Source: Armatimonadota bacterium (GTDB lineage: Bacteria; Armatimonadota; SYMT01). Taken from it: DNA of 64,000 nucleotides. Location of the stretch: NCBI GenBank assembly GCA_046292385.1, contig JBKBRF010000020.1:1-64000 (forward strand), given 5' to 3'. The translations under genes and the position numbers were made by a program. Position 1 is the stretch's first letter. Each line of letters begins with the position of its first letter. Positions 38,291 to 48,850 of this stretch are shown here, one piece after another. The notes below the pieces were generated by a model, which was not told the origin of the DNA, made no database searches, and saw only the letters and a list, made by a program, of their open reading frames with translations.

Positions 38291-39469
38291 ATGAGCGACC
38301 CGCTCCTCCGGATCGAAAGCGGAGAGCCGGTGCTGGGCATCGGGTTGATGTCCGGCACCTCGGCGGACGGGATCGACGCGGCGGCGGTGGCGCTGTGGCG
38401 GGAACCCGGCGCGCCGGACCGCGTGCGGGCCGAGCTGCGAGCGTTCCAGAGCCGGCCGTACCCGGCCGAGGTGCGAGAGCTGCTCTTCCGCTGCTTCGCG
38501 AATGAGCTCCGCGTGAAAGAGCTGTGCCTGCTCGACGCGCGGCTGGGGGAGCTGTTCGCGGAGGCTGCTGCCGCCGTGGCGGCGGAGGTGGGTCCGGAGC
38601 CGCCGCTCGCCTTTGTGGCGTCGCACGGCCAGACGGTCTGGCACCAGCCGGAGGCGGTGCCGTGCGGGGACGCGCTGGCCCGCGGCACGCTGCAGCTCGC
38701 GGAGGCGGCGCGGATCGCGGAGCGGCTGCGGGTGCCGGTGGTCTCCGACTTCCGCCAGCAGGACGTGGCAGCGGGCGGGCAGGGCGCGCCGCTGGTGCCG
38801 TACGTCGACTACTTGCTCTTCGGGGGCGCGGACGAGAGCCGCGCGCTCCAGAACCTCGGAGGCATCGGGAACGTCACCTACCTTCGCGCCGGGGGGCGGC
38901 TGGAAGAGGTGCTGGCGTTCGACACCGGGCCGGCCAACGCGTGGATCGACGCCGCCGCGAAGCTGGTCACCGGCGGCCGGCTGGCGTGCGACCTGAACGG
39001 CGAGCTCGCCGCCTCCGCGCCGGTCGACGCGGAGCTGCTCCGGCGGCTGCTCTCGGAGCCGTACTACTCCCAGCCGCCTCCCAAGAGCACCGGCCGGGAG
39101 CTGTTTACGGAGGGGCGGGTCCGGGAGCTGTGGGACGCCGGCTACCGCGGCGGCGCGCTCGTCTCCACCCTGACCCAGCTCACGGTCGAGACGGTCGCCC
39201 GGGCGTACCGGGACTGGCTCGGGCCGGTCGACGCGGCGGTCCTCGGCGGCGGCGGCGCCAGGAATCCGGAGCTGGTGCGGCGCCTGCGCCAGGCGTTGCA
39301 GCCGGCGCGGGTGCTGCTGAGCGAAGAGCTGGGGATCGACGCGGAGGCGAAGGAAGGGGTGGCCTTCGCCATCCTTGGGTACCAGACCCTCCGCGGAATC
39401 TCCTCGAACGTCCCCTCCGCCACCGGAGCCGCCCGGCCGGTGGTGCAGGGGAAGATCACGCTTCCGTAG
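38291..39469 (+). CDS. anmK: Anhydro-N-acetylmuramic acid kinase
   Basis: GLMSGTSADGIDA, SHGQT, DFRQQDVAAGGQGAPLVP, NLGGIGN, FDTGP, PKSTGRELF. Confidence 0.96.
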   Translation: MSDPLLRIESGEPVLGIGLMSGTSADGIDAAAVALWREPGAPDRVRAELRAFQSRPYPAEVRELLFRCFANELRVKELCLLDARLGELFAEAAAAVAAEVGPEPPLAFVASHGQTVWHQPEAVPCGDALARGTLQLAEAARIAERLRVPVVSDFRQQDVAAGGQGAPLVPYVDYLLFGGADESRALQNLGGIGNVTYLRAGGRLEEVLAFDTGPANAWIDAAAKLVTGGRLACDLNGELAASAPVDAELLRRLLSEPYYSQPPPKSTGRELFTEGRVRELWDAGYRGGALVSTLTQLTVETVARAYRDWLGPVDAAVLGGGGARNPELVRRLRQALQPARVLLSEELGIDAEAKEGVAFAILGYQTLRGISSNVPSATGAARPVVQGKITLP

Positions 39470-39531
39470 CACCTGATAGCGGAGGCCTCTCGCCGGCGCT
39501 CGATCGTGGTCCGGCGCCCGCACCCACTGGC

Positions 39532-40734
39532 ATGAGCATCTCACAGCGCGGCTCGAGCGAGCCGTTTCCCGAAGTCACGGTCGGCGACGTCCTGGAGGCG
39601 CTCGACTGCGCGGCGGTCGTCTTCGATCGCGGCGGCATCCTGGTGGCTGCCAACGGGCGGGCGGCAAGCTGCCTGCAGACCGGCGGCTCGGAGCTTCTCG
39701 GGCTCACGCACGACGCCTGGCGAGCGCGTCTGCGGGAGCGGTTCAGCCCGGGCCGCGCCGGGGCGCGCGGGGGGGAGGAGTGGTGGCTCTCACTGGGTCA
39801 CCCGACCCGGCTCTACCTGCTTTGCGTGCAATCACTGCCGGACGGACGGGGTATTCTGGAGACACTGCGGGAGGCGGGCGAAGAGGACGGCGAGGACGCG
39901 CTGCGCCGCACCGAGGAGCGGCGCTCCCGGGAGGTGGAGGCGCTGGAGAGCCGCCTGGAGCAGGTAGAGCGGTTCAAGATCGAGCTCACGGCCAACGTCA
40001 CGCACGACCTCCGCACGCCGATCGCCAGCATCAAGGCGGCAGTCTCCGGCCTGCTGGCGGGAGACGTGGCGTACGATCCGGCGGCGCTGCGGGAGACGCT
40101 GACGCTGATCGAAGAGGAATCCGACCGGCTGCAGCGGCGAGTCCAGAACCTCCTCTCCATGTCGAAGATGGAAGCGGGAGACTCGGTGGAGAGCCGGGAC
40201 TGGGTCGATCTCCAGGACGTCGTCTACTCCGCGCTGGAATCGCTGCGCTCGGTCCGGGCGGACCGGGCGGTGAAGCTCGACTTTCCGGACGACCTGCCGA
40301 TGGTACTGGGGGATTACCACCAGCTCCAGATCGCCATCCAGAATCTGGTAGAGAACGCGTTTCTTTACTCGCCGAAGGACCAGCCGGTTGAGATCAGCGC
40401 GCGCGTTGGGCTGGGACAGGTCCGCCTGCGGGTGCGGGACTACGGCGCCGGCCTGATGCCGGATGAATCGGAGCAGATCTTCGAGAAGTTCTACCGGGGG
40501 AGATCGGCGCGCCGCATCCCGGGCACGGGCCTCGGGCTGCCGATCTGCCGCGGGATTGCGGAGGCGCACGGCGGCCGGCTGTGGGCGGAGCACGTGCCGG
40601 GGGGCGGAGTCCAGTTCGTGGTCTCCTTACCGCTGGATGAGCAGCCTCCGGAGCTGGAATTGGCCGGAGTAGAGGGCGAGGCGCCGGAAGACGGAGCCGG
40701 GCAGAATGAAGAAGATAAAGATCCTGGTAGTTGA
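39532..40734 (+). CDS. Soluble sensor histidine kinase (KdpD-like transmitter, PAS-like N-terminus)
   Basis: THDLRTPI, NLVENA..YSP, DYGAG, FEKFYRG, GTGLGLPIC; no TM. Confidence 0.88.
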   Translation: MSISQRGSSEPFPEVTVGDVLEALDCAAVVFDRGGILVAANGRAASCLQTGGSELLGLTHDAWRARLRERFSPGRAGARGGEEWWLSLGHPTRLYLLCVQSLPDGRGILETLREAGEEDGEDALRRTEERRSREVEALESRLEQVERFKIELTANVTHDLRTPIASIKAAVSGLLAGDVAYDPAALRETLTLIEEESDRLQRRVQNLLSMSKMEAGDSVESRDWVDLQDVVYSALESLRSVRADRAVKLDFPDDLPMVLGDYHQLQIAIQNLVENAFLYSPKDQPVEISARVGLGQVRLRVRDYGAGLMPDESEQIFEKFYRGRSARRIPGTGLGLPICRGIAEAHGGRLWAEHVPGGGVQFVVSLPLDEQPPELELAGVEGEAPEDGAGQNEEDKDPGS

Positions 40735-41410
40735 CGATGAGCCGCAGATCGGTCGGATGCTCCGGACGCAGCTTTCCGCCCGAGACTACGACGTGGTCCA
40801 CGTGCCGACCGGCGCCGAAGGGCTCGTGGCGGCCGGCGACCAGCAGCCGGACCTGGTCCTGCTCGACCTCGGCCTGCCGGACCTGGATGGGCTGGAGGTA
40901 GCCCGCCGCATCCGGGAGTGGAGCGCCGTCCCGATCATCTTCCTCACGGTGCGAGACGACGAGCGGACCAAGGTCCAGGCGCTCGACATCGGCGGCGACG
41001 ACTATGTCACCAAGCCGTTCGGCATCCCGGAGCTGCTCGCCCGCGTCCGCGCCGTGCTGCGCCGCAAGACGGAGCAGCCGTCGGCGGCGTCCTCCGTCTT
41101 CGAGAGCGGGGATCTCAAGGTCGACTTCACCGCGCGGCAGGTGACCGTCGGCGGCAAAGAGGTGCGCCTCACCCCTACCGAGTACGAGCTGCTCCGTCTC
41201 TTCATCCTGCACGCGGACAAGACGCTGACCCACCGGCAGCTCCTGACGCAGATCTGGGGGCCGCAGTCGACGCAGGAGACGCAGTACCTCCACGTCTTCA
41301 TCCGCCAGCTCCGCCGCAAGCTGGAGCAGGATCCCGGCAGCCCACGCCACTTCGTTACGGAGCCGGGCGTCGGCTACCGCTTCCGCACCCAGGGCGGCGC
41401 GGTCGGCTAA
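40706..41410 (+). CDS. OmpR-family response regulator (KdpE-like)
   Basis: LLDLGLPDLDG, DDYVTKPF, LTPTEY, LTHRQLL..IWG, TEPGVGYR. Confidence 0.93.
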   Translation: MKKIKILVVDDEPQIGRMLRTQLSARDYDVVHVPTGAEGLVAAGDQQPDLVLLDLGLPDLDGLEVARRIREWSAVPIIFLTVRDDERTKVQALDIGGDDYVTKPFGIPELLARVRAVLRRKTEQPSAASSVFESGDLKVDFTARQVTVGGKEVRLTPTEYELLRLFILHADKTLTHRQLLTQIWGPQSTQETQYLHVFIRQLRRKLEQDPGSPRHFVTEPGVGYRFRTQGGAVG

Positions 41411-41654
41411 CCGGAGCGCCTCCCTGGGTGCACTCGGCCCGAGTCACGTTCGGGGCTCGCCGAATCGCGTCTCTGCCCTGGAGCCGCCTCGGCGCCTTGG
41501 CTGCCGGTGCGACTCCCTACCTCGCCAGCGTGGCGTCTTTCTTCTTACTTCTTTCCTCTCCCATCTTGCTAATTGGTACGCGGCTTGCCATGGGAGGAAG
41601 CGAGGGACCGGCCAACAATATGGATGAGAAGCATCCGACTCTCCCTCTACCCGC

Positions 41655-42941
41655 ATGAGACCCACTTCTCCCCGCGCACCTGTCTTTCTGGCGCTTTCGG
41701 CGGCCGCCGCCTGCGTCGTCGCGCTTCCGGCGTCGGCGGATGAGACCGCTCTGCTAAGCGGAGAGGCGGCCCCTCGCCGGGAGGACCGGCGCGGCGGCAT
41801 CCTGGGCACGCGGCTCAGCCTCGGCTCCGCTGCCACCCTGCAGGAGGGAATGCCGCAGCCCGGTGATGGCGGCGAGGCCGGGGAGCCGGAGGAGGTGGTC
41901 GATCTGACCCACCTCTCCCTCGAAGAGTTGATGGAGATCGAGATCACTCCCATCAACGTCCTCGGGAGCCACACGCACCTCGCCGGCGAGTGGATGTTCG
42001 GCTACCGGTACATGTACTCGTTCCAGGATGGGCTGCGGGACGGTACCCGGAGCGTGAGTCCGGAGGAAGTGCTCCGCACCTTCCGCTCCACGCCGACCGA
42101 AATGACGATGAGCATGCACATGCTCGAGCTCATGTACGCCCCCACCGACGAACTCTCCCTGATGGCGATGCTGCCGTGGTCGCGCATGCGGATGACGCAC
42201 CTGGCGGGACCGAACAGCATCCACGGGGTACGCGGCGGGCACGGGGGACACGGCGGGCACGGGGGACATGCGGTGCGGCCGAACGGGGTGGGCGCCGGCC
42301 GGGGGCCGCGAGTCCGGCTCGAGCATGTCTCCGAGGGGCTGGGTGACCTGGAGCTGATGGCGCTCTACAACCTCCTGGGAAACCCGCGCGGCCACGGGCA
42401 GCGGCTGATCGTGAACGGCGGCCTGGTGCTGCCGACCGGCTCGATCGACGAAAGCTCCGGCGGACGTCGGATGGAGTATATGATGCAGCCCGGCTCCGGG
42501 ACATTTGGGCTAATGCCGGGGCTCACCTACCTGGGCGAGTCCGAGCTCTGGTCCTGGGGTGCGCAGGCGATGGCCACCGTCCGCCTGGGCCGGAACGACA
42601 ACGGTTATCGGCTCGGCAACCGCTACCGGTTGAACGCGTGGGGCGTTTATCGTCTTAAGGATTGGGTGGCTCCCTCGGTTCGGCTGGACGGCCAGTTCTG
42701 GGGCAACGTGCACGGCGCGGATCCGGTGCTGGATCCGCGCGAGTCTCCCGCGGAGGATCCGGACCTCCAGGGTGGGCGGAGGTTGGACCTGGTACTCGGA
42801 TTGAACTTCTATGCAGACCGCGGTAGATTGAAAGGGACGCGCCTGACAGTGGAGGGCGGTTTCCCCGTTTACCAGTCTCTGAAGGGACCCCAGCTCGAGA
42901 CCGATTGGCACCTGATGGTCTCCGTGACTTTTACGAAGTAG
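41655..42941 (+). CDS. Putative outer-membrane beta-barrel, His/Met-rich, with an N-terminal LSLEELM peptide
   Basis: Signal peptide; DLTHLSLEELMEIEI; GSHTHLAGEWMFGYRYM; MTMSMHMLELMYAP; (GGH)4 loop; GLGDL; MQPGSGT; amphipathic strands. Confidence 0.75.
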   Translation: MRPTSPRAPVFLALSAAAACVVALPASADETALLSGEAAPRREDRRGGILGTRLSLGSAATLQEGMPQPGDGGEAGEPEEVVDLTHLSLEELMEIEITPINVLGSHTHLAGEWMFGYRYMYSFQDGLRDGTRSVSPEEVLRTFRSTPTEMTMSMHMLELMYAPTDELSLMAMLPWSRMRMTHLAGPNSIHGVRGGHGGHGGHGGHAVRPNGVGAGRGPRVRLEHVSEGLGDLELMALYNLLGNPRGHGQRLIVNGGLVLPTGSIDESSGGRRMEYMMQPGSGTFGLMPGLTYLGESELWSWGAQAMATVRLGRNDNGYRLGNRYRLNAWGVYRLKDWVAPSVRLDGQFWGNVHGADPVLDPRESPAEDPDLQGGRRLDLVLGLNFYADRGRLKGTRLTVEGGFPVYQSLKGPQLETDWHLMVSVTFTK

Positions 42942-42984
42942 GCGCCGCGCGCCGGTACCTGGTCGGTGGGCAGGTAGACGTACC

Positions 42985-43566
42985 ATGGGTCGCAACGAGA
43001 GATCCGCCGTGAGAACGGCGTGCAGACGACGGGGAGTGTCGCTCGCATTGGCGGCACTGCTCGCCGCTGCCAGCGGGCTCCTCTGCCTCCCCCGGGCGGA
43101 AGCGCAGGATCCGCGCGAGTACTCCATCAAGGCCGCGTATCTCTACAACTTTGCCCGGTACGTCGATTGGCCCCAGCAAGCGCTGCCGGAGAATGGCAAC
43201 CTGGTGGTCGGCGTTATCGGCAAAGACCCGTTCGGCCCGGCGCTCAACACGCTGAGCGGCAAGAACGTGAAGGGTCGGAACGTGGTGGTCCGCCGGTTTG
43301 ACACCCCGCGAGAAGCCAGCCGCTGTCACGTGCTCTTTATTCCCGAGTCCGAGCGCTCGCGACTCCCGCAGATCCTGGAAGCGGTGAAGGACGAGAGCGT
43401 GCTGACGGTGAGCGACATCAGCGGCTTCGCCCGCAGCGGCGGCATGATCAACTTCAAGTCGGAAGACAACCGGATTCGTTTCGAGATCAATCCCGGCGCG
43501 GCCGAGCGCGCCAAGCTCTCGCTCAGCTCACAGCTCCTCAAGCTGGCGAAGGTGGTCCGGACCTAG
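42985..43566 (+). CDS. YfiR-family (DUF4154) periplasmic protein
   Basis: [51 protein letters not shown]. Confidence 0.93.
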   Translation: MGRNERSAVRTACRRRGVSLALAALLAAASGLLCLPRAEAQDPREYSIKAAYLYNFARYVDWPQQALPENGNLVVGVIGKDPFGPALNTLSGKNVKGRNVVVRRFDTPREASRCHVLFIPESERSRLPQILEAVKDESVLTVSDISGFARSGGMINFKSEDNRIRFEINPGAAERAKLSLSSQLLKLAKVVRT

Positions 43567-43685
43567 ATCGAAGTCGGGCGGCGCGGGCATTCCCCGCCGC
43601 AGTCTCGCCGCCGCAGTCCCTCATCGATCGCTGCCAGCTCCGCGCCGCTCCGGCGGAGGCGGCCGCGGTCCACACAGCCCTCCCG

Positions 43686-46001
43686 ATGGTCGCCTTTCGC
43701 AACGCCTCCATTCAGCAGAAGCTGACGGTGATCACCATGCTGACGAGCAGCGTGGTGCTGCTCGTCGCCGGCCTCTGCTTCATCCTGAACGACGTCGCCA
43801 CCATGCGGCAGTCGAAGGAGCGCGATCTCACCGCCCTGGCGCAGATCATCGGCACGAACGCCGCGTCCGCGGTGACCTTTCAGGACCAGGAAGCGGCGCG
43901 GCAGACCCTCGCGGCGTTGAGCGCTAAGCCGCGGGTAGCGGCCGCCGGGATCTACACCGCGGACAACCGGGCCTTCGCGGCATACGGCCGGCCGGGGCAC
44001 CCGCCGCCGCCCTCACTCACCCGTTTCCGGAGCGACGGCCGGTATTACGAGGACGATCATCTCTCGCTCTACCAGCCGATGATGGTCGACGGCGAGCGGA
44101 TCGGGACGATCTACGTCATCGCCGACCTCCAGGATATCGAAGCCCGCGTGAAGCAGTCGCTGCTGATCGTGGGGATGATCTTCCTCGTCTGTCTCCTCGT
44201 CGCCTTCGCCCTTGGCTCCCGGCTGCAGCGCGTCATCTCCGGCCCCATCCTGGAGCTCGCCCGGGTGGCGCGCGTCGTCTCGCACGACAAGGACTACTCC
44301 GTCCGGGCGCCCCGGGGCAACAAAGACGAGATCGGCCTGCTGATCGACGGCTTCAACGAGATGCTCTCGCAGATCGAGAAGCACGACCATCACATCCAGC
44401 AGGTCAACGAGCAGCTTATGGATTCGGAGCAGCGGGCGCTCGCGGCGAACCAGGCGAAGAGCCTCTTCCTCGCCAAGATGAGCCACGAGCTGCGCACGCC
44501 GCTGAACGCGATCATCGGCTACTCCGAGATGCTGCAGGAAGAGGCGGAAGACCTGGGTGAGGAAGACCTGATCCCGGACCTGCAGAAGATCAACTCCGCC
44601 GGCAAGCACCTCCTGGCCCTCATCAACGACATTCTCGACCTCTCCAAGATCGAGGCGGGCAAGATGGAGGTCTACCTCGAAGAGTTCGAAATCGCGCCGC
44701 TGATCGAGGAAGTGGTCTCCACGGTGCGGCCGCTGGTCGACAAGAACGCCAACCGGTTGGAGGTCCGCTGCGGCGAAGGCCTGGGCACGATGCGGGCCGA
44801 TCTCACCAAGGTCCGCCAGGCGCTCTTCAACCTCCTGAGCAACGCGAGCAAGTTTACCGACCAGGGCACGATCACGCTGGAGGTGGAGCGGGAGCCGGTC
44901 TCCTCCGGAGACTGGATGCGCTTTCGCGTGTCGGACACCGGCATCGGGATGACGCCGGAGCAGATGGCGGGCCTCTTCCAGGAGTTCACCCAGGCGGATG
45001 CCTCCACCACCCGCAAGTACGGCGGGACCGGCCTCGGCCTGGTGATCAGCCGCCGCTTCTGCCAGATGATGGGTGGGGATATCAACGTCTCCAGCGAGTT
45101 CGGCCGGGGCTCTACCTTCACGATCCGCCTTCCCGCCTTCGTTCCGGACCCGGAGCCAGAAGCGGATGAGGAAGCGGCTGCCGAGGCGGAGGGTGATCGC
45201 CAGGCCGTCTCCCCCGTACCCGCGAACGGCGCCGTCGTGCTGGCAATCGACGACGACCAGAGCACCCTCGAGCTGCTCCAGCGGTTCCTCGGCCGCGAAG
45301 GCTTTACGGTCCACACCGCCGCCTCCGGCGACGAAGGACTGCGGCTGGCGCGGGAGCTGAAGCCGGCCGCGATCACGCTCGACGTGATGATGCCGGTCCG
45401 GGATGGATGGTCGGTCCTGACCGCCTTGAAGGCCGATCCGGAGCTCTCCGACATTCCGGTGGTGCTGCTCACGATCGTAGACGACCGGAACATCGGCTAC
45501 GCTCTTGGCGCTTCCGACTACATGACGAAGCCGGTCGACTGGGGACGGCTCGCCTCCGTGATCCGCAAGCACCTGCCGCACGACCGCGGCCCTTCCGTGC
45601 TGGTGGTGGAGGACGACGCCAGCCTGCGCGAGCTGCTGCGGCGCCTGCTGGAGAAGAACGGCTGGTCGGTCACCGAGGCCGCGAATGGGCGGGAGGCGCT
45701 GAACCGGGTGGCGGAGCAGGAACCGGGGCTGATCTTGCTCGATCTGCTCATGCCGGAGATGGACGGCTTCCAGTTCGTGGAGGAGCTGCGGCACCGGGAC
45801 GAGGGCTGTTCCATTCCGGTGGTCGTCATCACCGCGAAGGACATGACGGCGGAGGAGCGCGAGCGGCTGAACGGCTGCGTCGAGCGGATTCTTCAGAAGG
45901 GTACCTACACCCGCGACGAGCTGCTGCGGGAGGTCCGCACGCTCGTGACGACCTACGCTCGGGACGAGCAGCCCGCCGTGCCGGCAGCTCCGGCGAAATA
46001 A
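43686..46001 (+). CDS. Hybrid histidine kinase (CHASE8-like, HAMP, HisKA, HATPase, REC, REC)
   Basis: [54 protein letters not shown]; two receiver domains. Confidence 0.94.
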   Translation: MVAFRNASIQQKLTVITMLTSSVVLLVAGLCFILNDVATMRQSKERDLTALAQIIGTNAASAVTFQDQEAARQTLAALSAKPRVAAAGIYTADNRAFAAYGRPGHPPPPSLTRFRSDGRYYEDDHLSLYQPMMVDGERIGTIYVIADLQDIEARVKQSLLIVGMIFLVCLLVAFALGSRLQRVISGPILELARVARVVSHDKDYSVRAPRGNKDEIGLLIDGFNEMLSQIEKHDHHIQQVNEQLMDSEQRALAANQAKSLFLAKMSHELRTPLNAIIGYSEMLQEEAEDLGEEDLIPDLQKINSAGKHLLALINDILDLSKIEAGKMEVYLEEFEIAPLIEEVVSTVRPLVDKNANRLEVRCGEGLGTMRADLTKVRQALFNLLSNASKFTDQGTITLEVEREPVSSGDWMRFRVSDTGIGMTPEQMAGLFQEFTQADASTTRKYGGTGLGLVISRRFCQMMGGDINVSSEFGRGSTFTIRLPAFVPDPEPEADEEAAAEAEGDRQAVSPVPANGAVVLAIDDDQSTLELLQRFLGREGFTVHTAASGDEGLRLARELKPAAITLDVMMPVRDGWSVLTALKADPELSDIPVVLLTIVDDRNIGYALGASDYMTKPVDWGRLASVIRKHLPHDRGPSVLVVEDDASLRELLRRLLEKNGWSVTEAANGREALNRVAEQEPGLILLDLLMPEMDGFQFVEELRHRDEGCSIPVVVITAKDMTAEERERLNGCVERILQKGTYTRDELLREVRTLVTTYARDEQPAVPAAPAK

Positions 46002-46025
46002 CGCGAGGAACGGGAGAGAAGTCCA

Positions 46026-46400
46026 GTGGCCAGGATCCTGTTGGTCGAAGACAACGAGATGAACCGGGACATGCTGTCGCGCCGCCTGCAGCGCCGCGGC
46101 TACGAGGTGGTGCTGGCGGTCGACGGACAGGAAGGGGTCGACGCCGCCCGCCGGGAGCAGCCGGACCTGGTGCTGATGGACATGAGCCTTCCGGTGCTGG
46201 ACGGCTGGGAGGCCACCCGCAAGCTGCGGGAGCAGCCGGAGACGCAGGCGCTGCCGATCATCGCCCTGACGGCGCACGCGATGGCGGGGGACCGCGAGCG
46301 CGCCCTGGAGGCGGGCTGCGACGATTACGATACCAAACCGATCGAGCTGCCCCGGCTGCTGAGTAAGATCGAGGCGCTGCTCGGGAAGGCCGAAGCGTAA
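46026..46400 (+). CDS. Single-domain response regulator (DivK-like)
   Basis: ILLVEDN, LMDMSLP, ALTAHAM.GD, TKPI. Confidence 0.93.
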   Translation: MARILLVEDNEMNRDMLSRRLQRRGYEVVLAVDGQEGVDAARREQPDLVLMDMSLPVLDGWEATRKLREQPETQALPIIALTAHAMAGDRERALEAGCDDYDTKPIELPRLLSKIEALLGKAEA

Positions 46401-48037
46401 TGCAGGCCGACGAGAGCGTCCGGGGAGAGGCCGGAGCCGGCGGCGCCAGCGCCGACCGGACCGCCGCCGCGCTGGTGGCGCACATGCGCCACGAGTTGCG
46501 CACTCCCCTGAACGCGATCATCGGCTACAGCGAGATGCTGCTCGAGGACAGCCTGGAGGAAGCGGACGAGCAGTTCTCCACCGGCCTCGCGCGCGTGCGG
46601 GACGCCGGCCGCAACCTGCTCCACCTGGTGAACGAGCTGCTCGACCCGAGCCACTCGCCCGCCGTGAGCTTTGACTTCGCCACCTTCAGCGGAGACGTGC
46701 GCCACGCGCTGCGCGATCCGCTCAACGCCGCGCTCGGCTACAGCGACCTGCTCCTGGACGATGCCCGCGTCCTCGGGCGAGACGAGTACGTGCCGGAGCT
46801 GGAGAAGATTGTCGCCGCGGGAAAGCGCCTGCTCTCCCTGGTCGATGAGATCGGCCGCCTCTCAGACTGCGGGCCGGGCGGCACGGCCGCCGCGCCGGTC
46901 GCCTCCGCCCTGGCGAACGACGTCGCCGGTACGATGGTGCAGCTCGACGAGGCGGGGCGCGCCGCGCCGCATCACGGCGGCGGCCACGTACTGGTGGTCG
47001 ACGACAACGACGTGAACCGCGACCTCCTCTCCCGCCGGCTGGCGCGGGAGGGCTACTCCGTCACCACCGTGGAGTCGGGCCGGCTGGCGCTCCAGCTCCT
47101 GCAGGAGCAGCCGCACGACCTGGTGCTGCTCGACATCATGATGCCGGAGATCAACGGCTACCAGGTGCTCCAGCAGATGAAGGCCGACGAGCAGCTCCGG
47201 CACATCCCGGTCATCATGATCTCCGCGCTGGACGACATGGGGAGCGTGGTCCGCTGCATCGAGCTCGGCGCCGAAGACCACCTCCACAAGCCGTTCGATC
47301 CGGTGCTGCTGCGTGCGCGGGTGGGGGCCTGCCTGGAGAAGAAGCGGCTGCGCGACCGCGAGGTGCTCTACCTGCAGCAGATCGAAGAGGAGAAGCGCCG
47401 CGCCGACGAGCTGCTCCACGTGATCCTGCCGGACCAGATCGTGACCGAGCTGAAGGAGCACAACACCGTCAAGCCGCGCCACTACGAAAACGTGGCGGTG
47501 CTCTTCTGCGACGTCGTTGGCTTCACCCCGTTCTGCGAGCGCCGGACGCCGGAAGAAGTGATGGCGGTGCTGCAGGAGCTGATCGAGGCGTACGAGGAGC
47601 TGGTCCTCCGCTACGGCATGGAGAAGATCAAGACGATCGGCGACTCGTTCATGGCCACCGCCGGGCTCCTCCAGCCCAGCGAGAATCCGGTCCTTACCTG
47701 TGTCCAGTGCGGCCTGGAGATGATCGAGATCGCGCAGAGGCTGCCGTCTCGCCTGATGGTTCGCGTCGGCGTCCACGTCGGCTCCGTGATGGCGGGCGTG
47801 GTCGGCCACCGCCAGTACCTCTTCGACCTCTGGGGCGACACCGTCAATACCGCCGCCCGGGTGGAATCGCACGGCGCGAACGGCTACGTGAATGTGAGCG
47901 GCGCGGCGTGGCAGCAGGTCTCGGACTACTGCCGCGGCGAATCCCTCGGGCTGATCCTTTTGAAGGGCAAGGGCGAGATGGAGCTATTCCGCATCGAAGG
48001 TCTCCACTCGCCCGCGCCCGACCCGGCGACCGCCTGA
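46400..48037 (+). CDS. Class III adenylate cyclase with two DHp(HisKA)-like segments and a receiver domain
   Basis: [68 protein letters not shown]. Confidence 0.9.
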   Translation: MQADESVRGEAGAGGASADRTAAALVAHMRHELRTPLNAIIGYSEMLLEDSLEEADEQFSTGLARVRDAGRNLLHLVNELLDPSHSPAVSFDFATFSGDVRHALRDPLNAALGYSDLLLDDARVLGRDEYVPELEKIVAAGKRLLSLVDEIGRLSDCGPGGTAAAPVASALANDVAGTMVQLDEAGRAAPHHGGGHVLVVDDNDVNRDLLSRRLAREGYSVTTVESGRLALQLLQEQPHDLVLLDIMMPEINGYQVLQQMKADEQLRHIPVIMISALDDMGSVVRCIELGAEDHLHKPFDPVLLRARVGACLEKKRLRDREVLYLQQIEEEKRRADELLHVILPDQIVTELKEHNTVKPRHYENVAVLFCDVVGFTPFCERRTPEEVMAVLQELIEAYEELVLRYGMEKIKTIGDSFMATAGLLQPSENPVLTCVQCGLEMIEIAQRLPSRLMVRVGVHVGSVMAGVVGHRQYLFDLWGDTVNTAARVESHGANGYVNVSGAAWQQVSDYCRGESLGLILLKGKGEMELFRIEGLHSPAPDPATA

Positions 48038-48104
48038 CTTTACCTCCCCCAAGCCCCCACCCCCGGCCAGCTTAGCTGCCGGGCATGAACCCAGGAGATC
48101 CCAA

Positions 48105-48734
48105 ATGGAACGCACCCAACCTGAAGCGGCGGAGCCGCTTGCCAGCACTGCAAGCGTACGGCCGCGCCTCAACCGGTCGACCGCCCTGATCGGCGCCGGG
48201 CTGATCGCCACCTTCGCGCTGGTAAACCTGGCGATGAACCGCGCCGAGTCGGCTCCCGGCGCCAAGGAGGCGAAGATCGGCCTCCGGATCTCGCCGGTGC
48301 CGATGAAGACGAACAAGAAGAACAAGACGCTGGTCGGCCTCGGCAGCTACATCGTGAACGCGCAGTCGGCGTGCGCCGACTGCCACACTAGCGGTCTCTA
48401 CCAGGAAGGTGGGGATCCGCACCAGGGCCAGCCGATGCAGATCAACACCGAGAACTTCCTGGCGGGCGGGCAGACCTTCGGCCCGTTCGTCTCCACCAAC
48501 CTCACCCCGGATGAGAACGGCCTGCCCGGCGGACTCACGTTCCATGAGTTCGACTCGCTCATGCGCACCGGCCGGCACCCGGAAGGGCACGAGCACTTCC
48601 GTCCGGAGCACAGCGGGCCGATCCTGCAGGTGATGCCGTGGCCCGCCTACAAGAACATGACCTCCCAGGACATGAAGGCGATCTACGCCTACCTCAGCTC
48701 CATCCCCCACGCGGACCCGCCGGCGGCGGAGTAA
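48105..48734 (+). CDS. Exported monoheme c-type cytochrome
   Basis: CADCH heme motif, NLTPD, VMPWP.Y; N-terminal hydrophobic segment; AGGAG RBS. Confidence 0.85.
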   Translation: MERTQPEAAEPLASTASVRPRLNRSTALIGAGLIATFALVNLAMNRAESAPGAKEAKIGLRISPVPMKTNKKNKTLVGLGSYIVNAQSACADCHTSGLYQEGGDPHQGQPMQINTENFLAGGQTFGPFVSTNLTPDENGLPGGLTFHEFDSLMRTGRHPEGHEHFRPEHSGPILQVMPWPAYKNMTSQDMKAIYAYLSSIPHADPPAAE

Positions 48735-48760
48735 GCGCACTCCGAACCGGAAGAACTCGC

Positions 48761-48794
48761 ACGGCCGCTCCTCCACACCGGGAGGAGCGGCCGT
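48761..48794. terminator. Hairpin after the cytochrome c gene
   Basis: Perfect 14-bp stem ACGGCCGCTCCTCC/GGAGGAGCGGCCGT with a 6-nt loop. Confidence 0.65.
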
Positions 48795-48850
48795 TCCGTA
48801 TTGCGGCCCCACAGGCCTCTCGTCTCCGCGTCGTTTTCCCTGCGTTCGAA

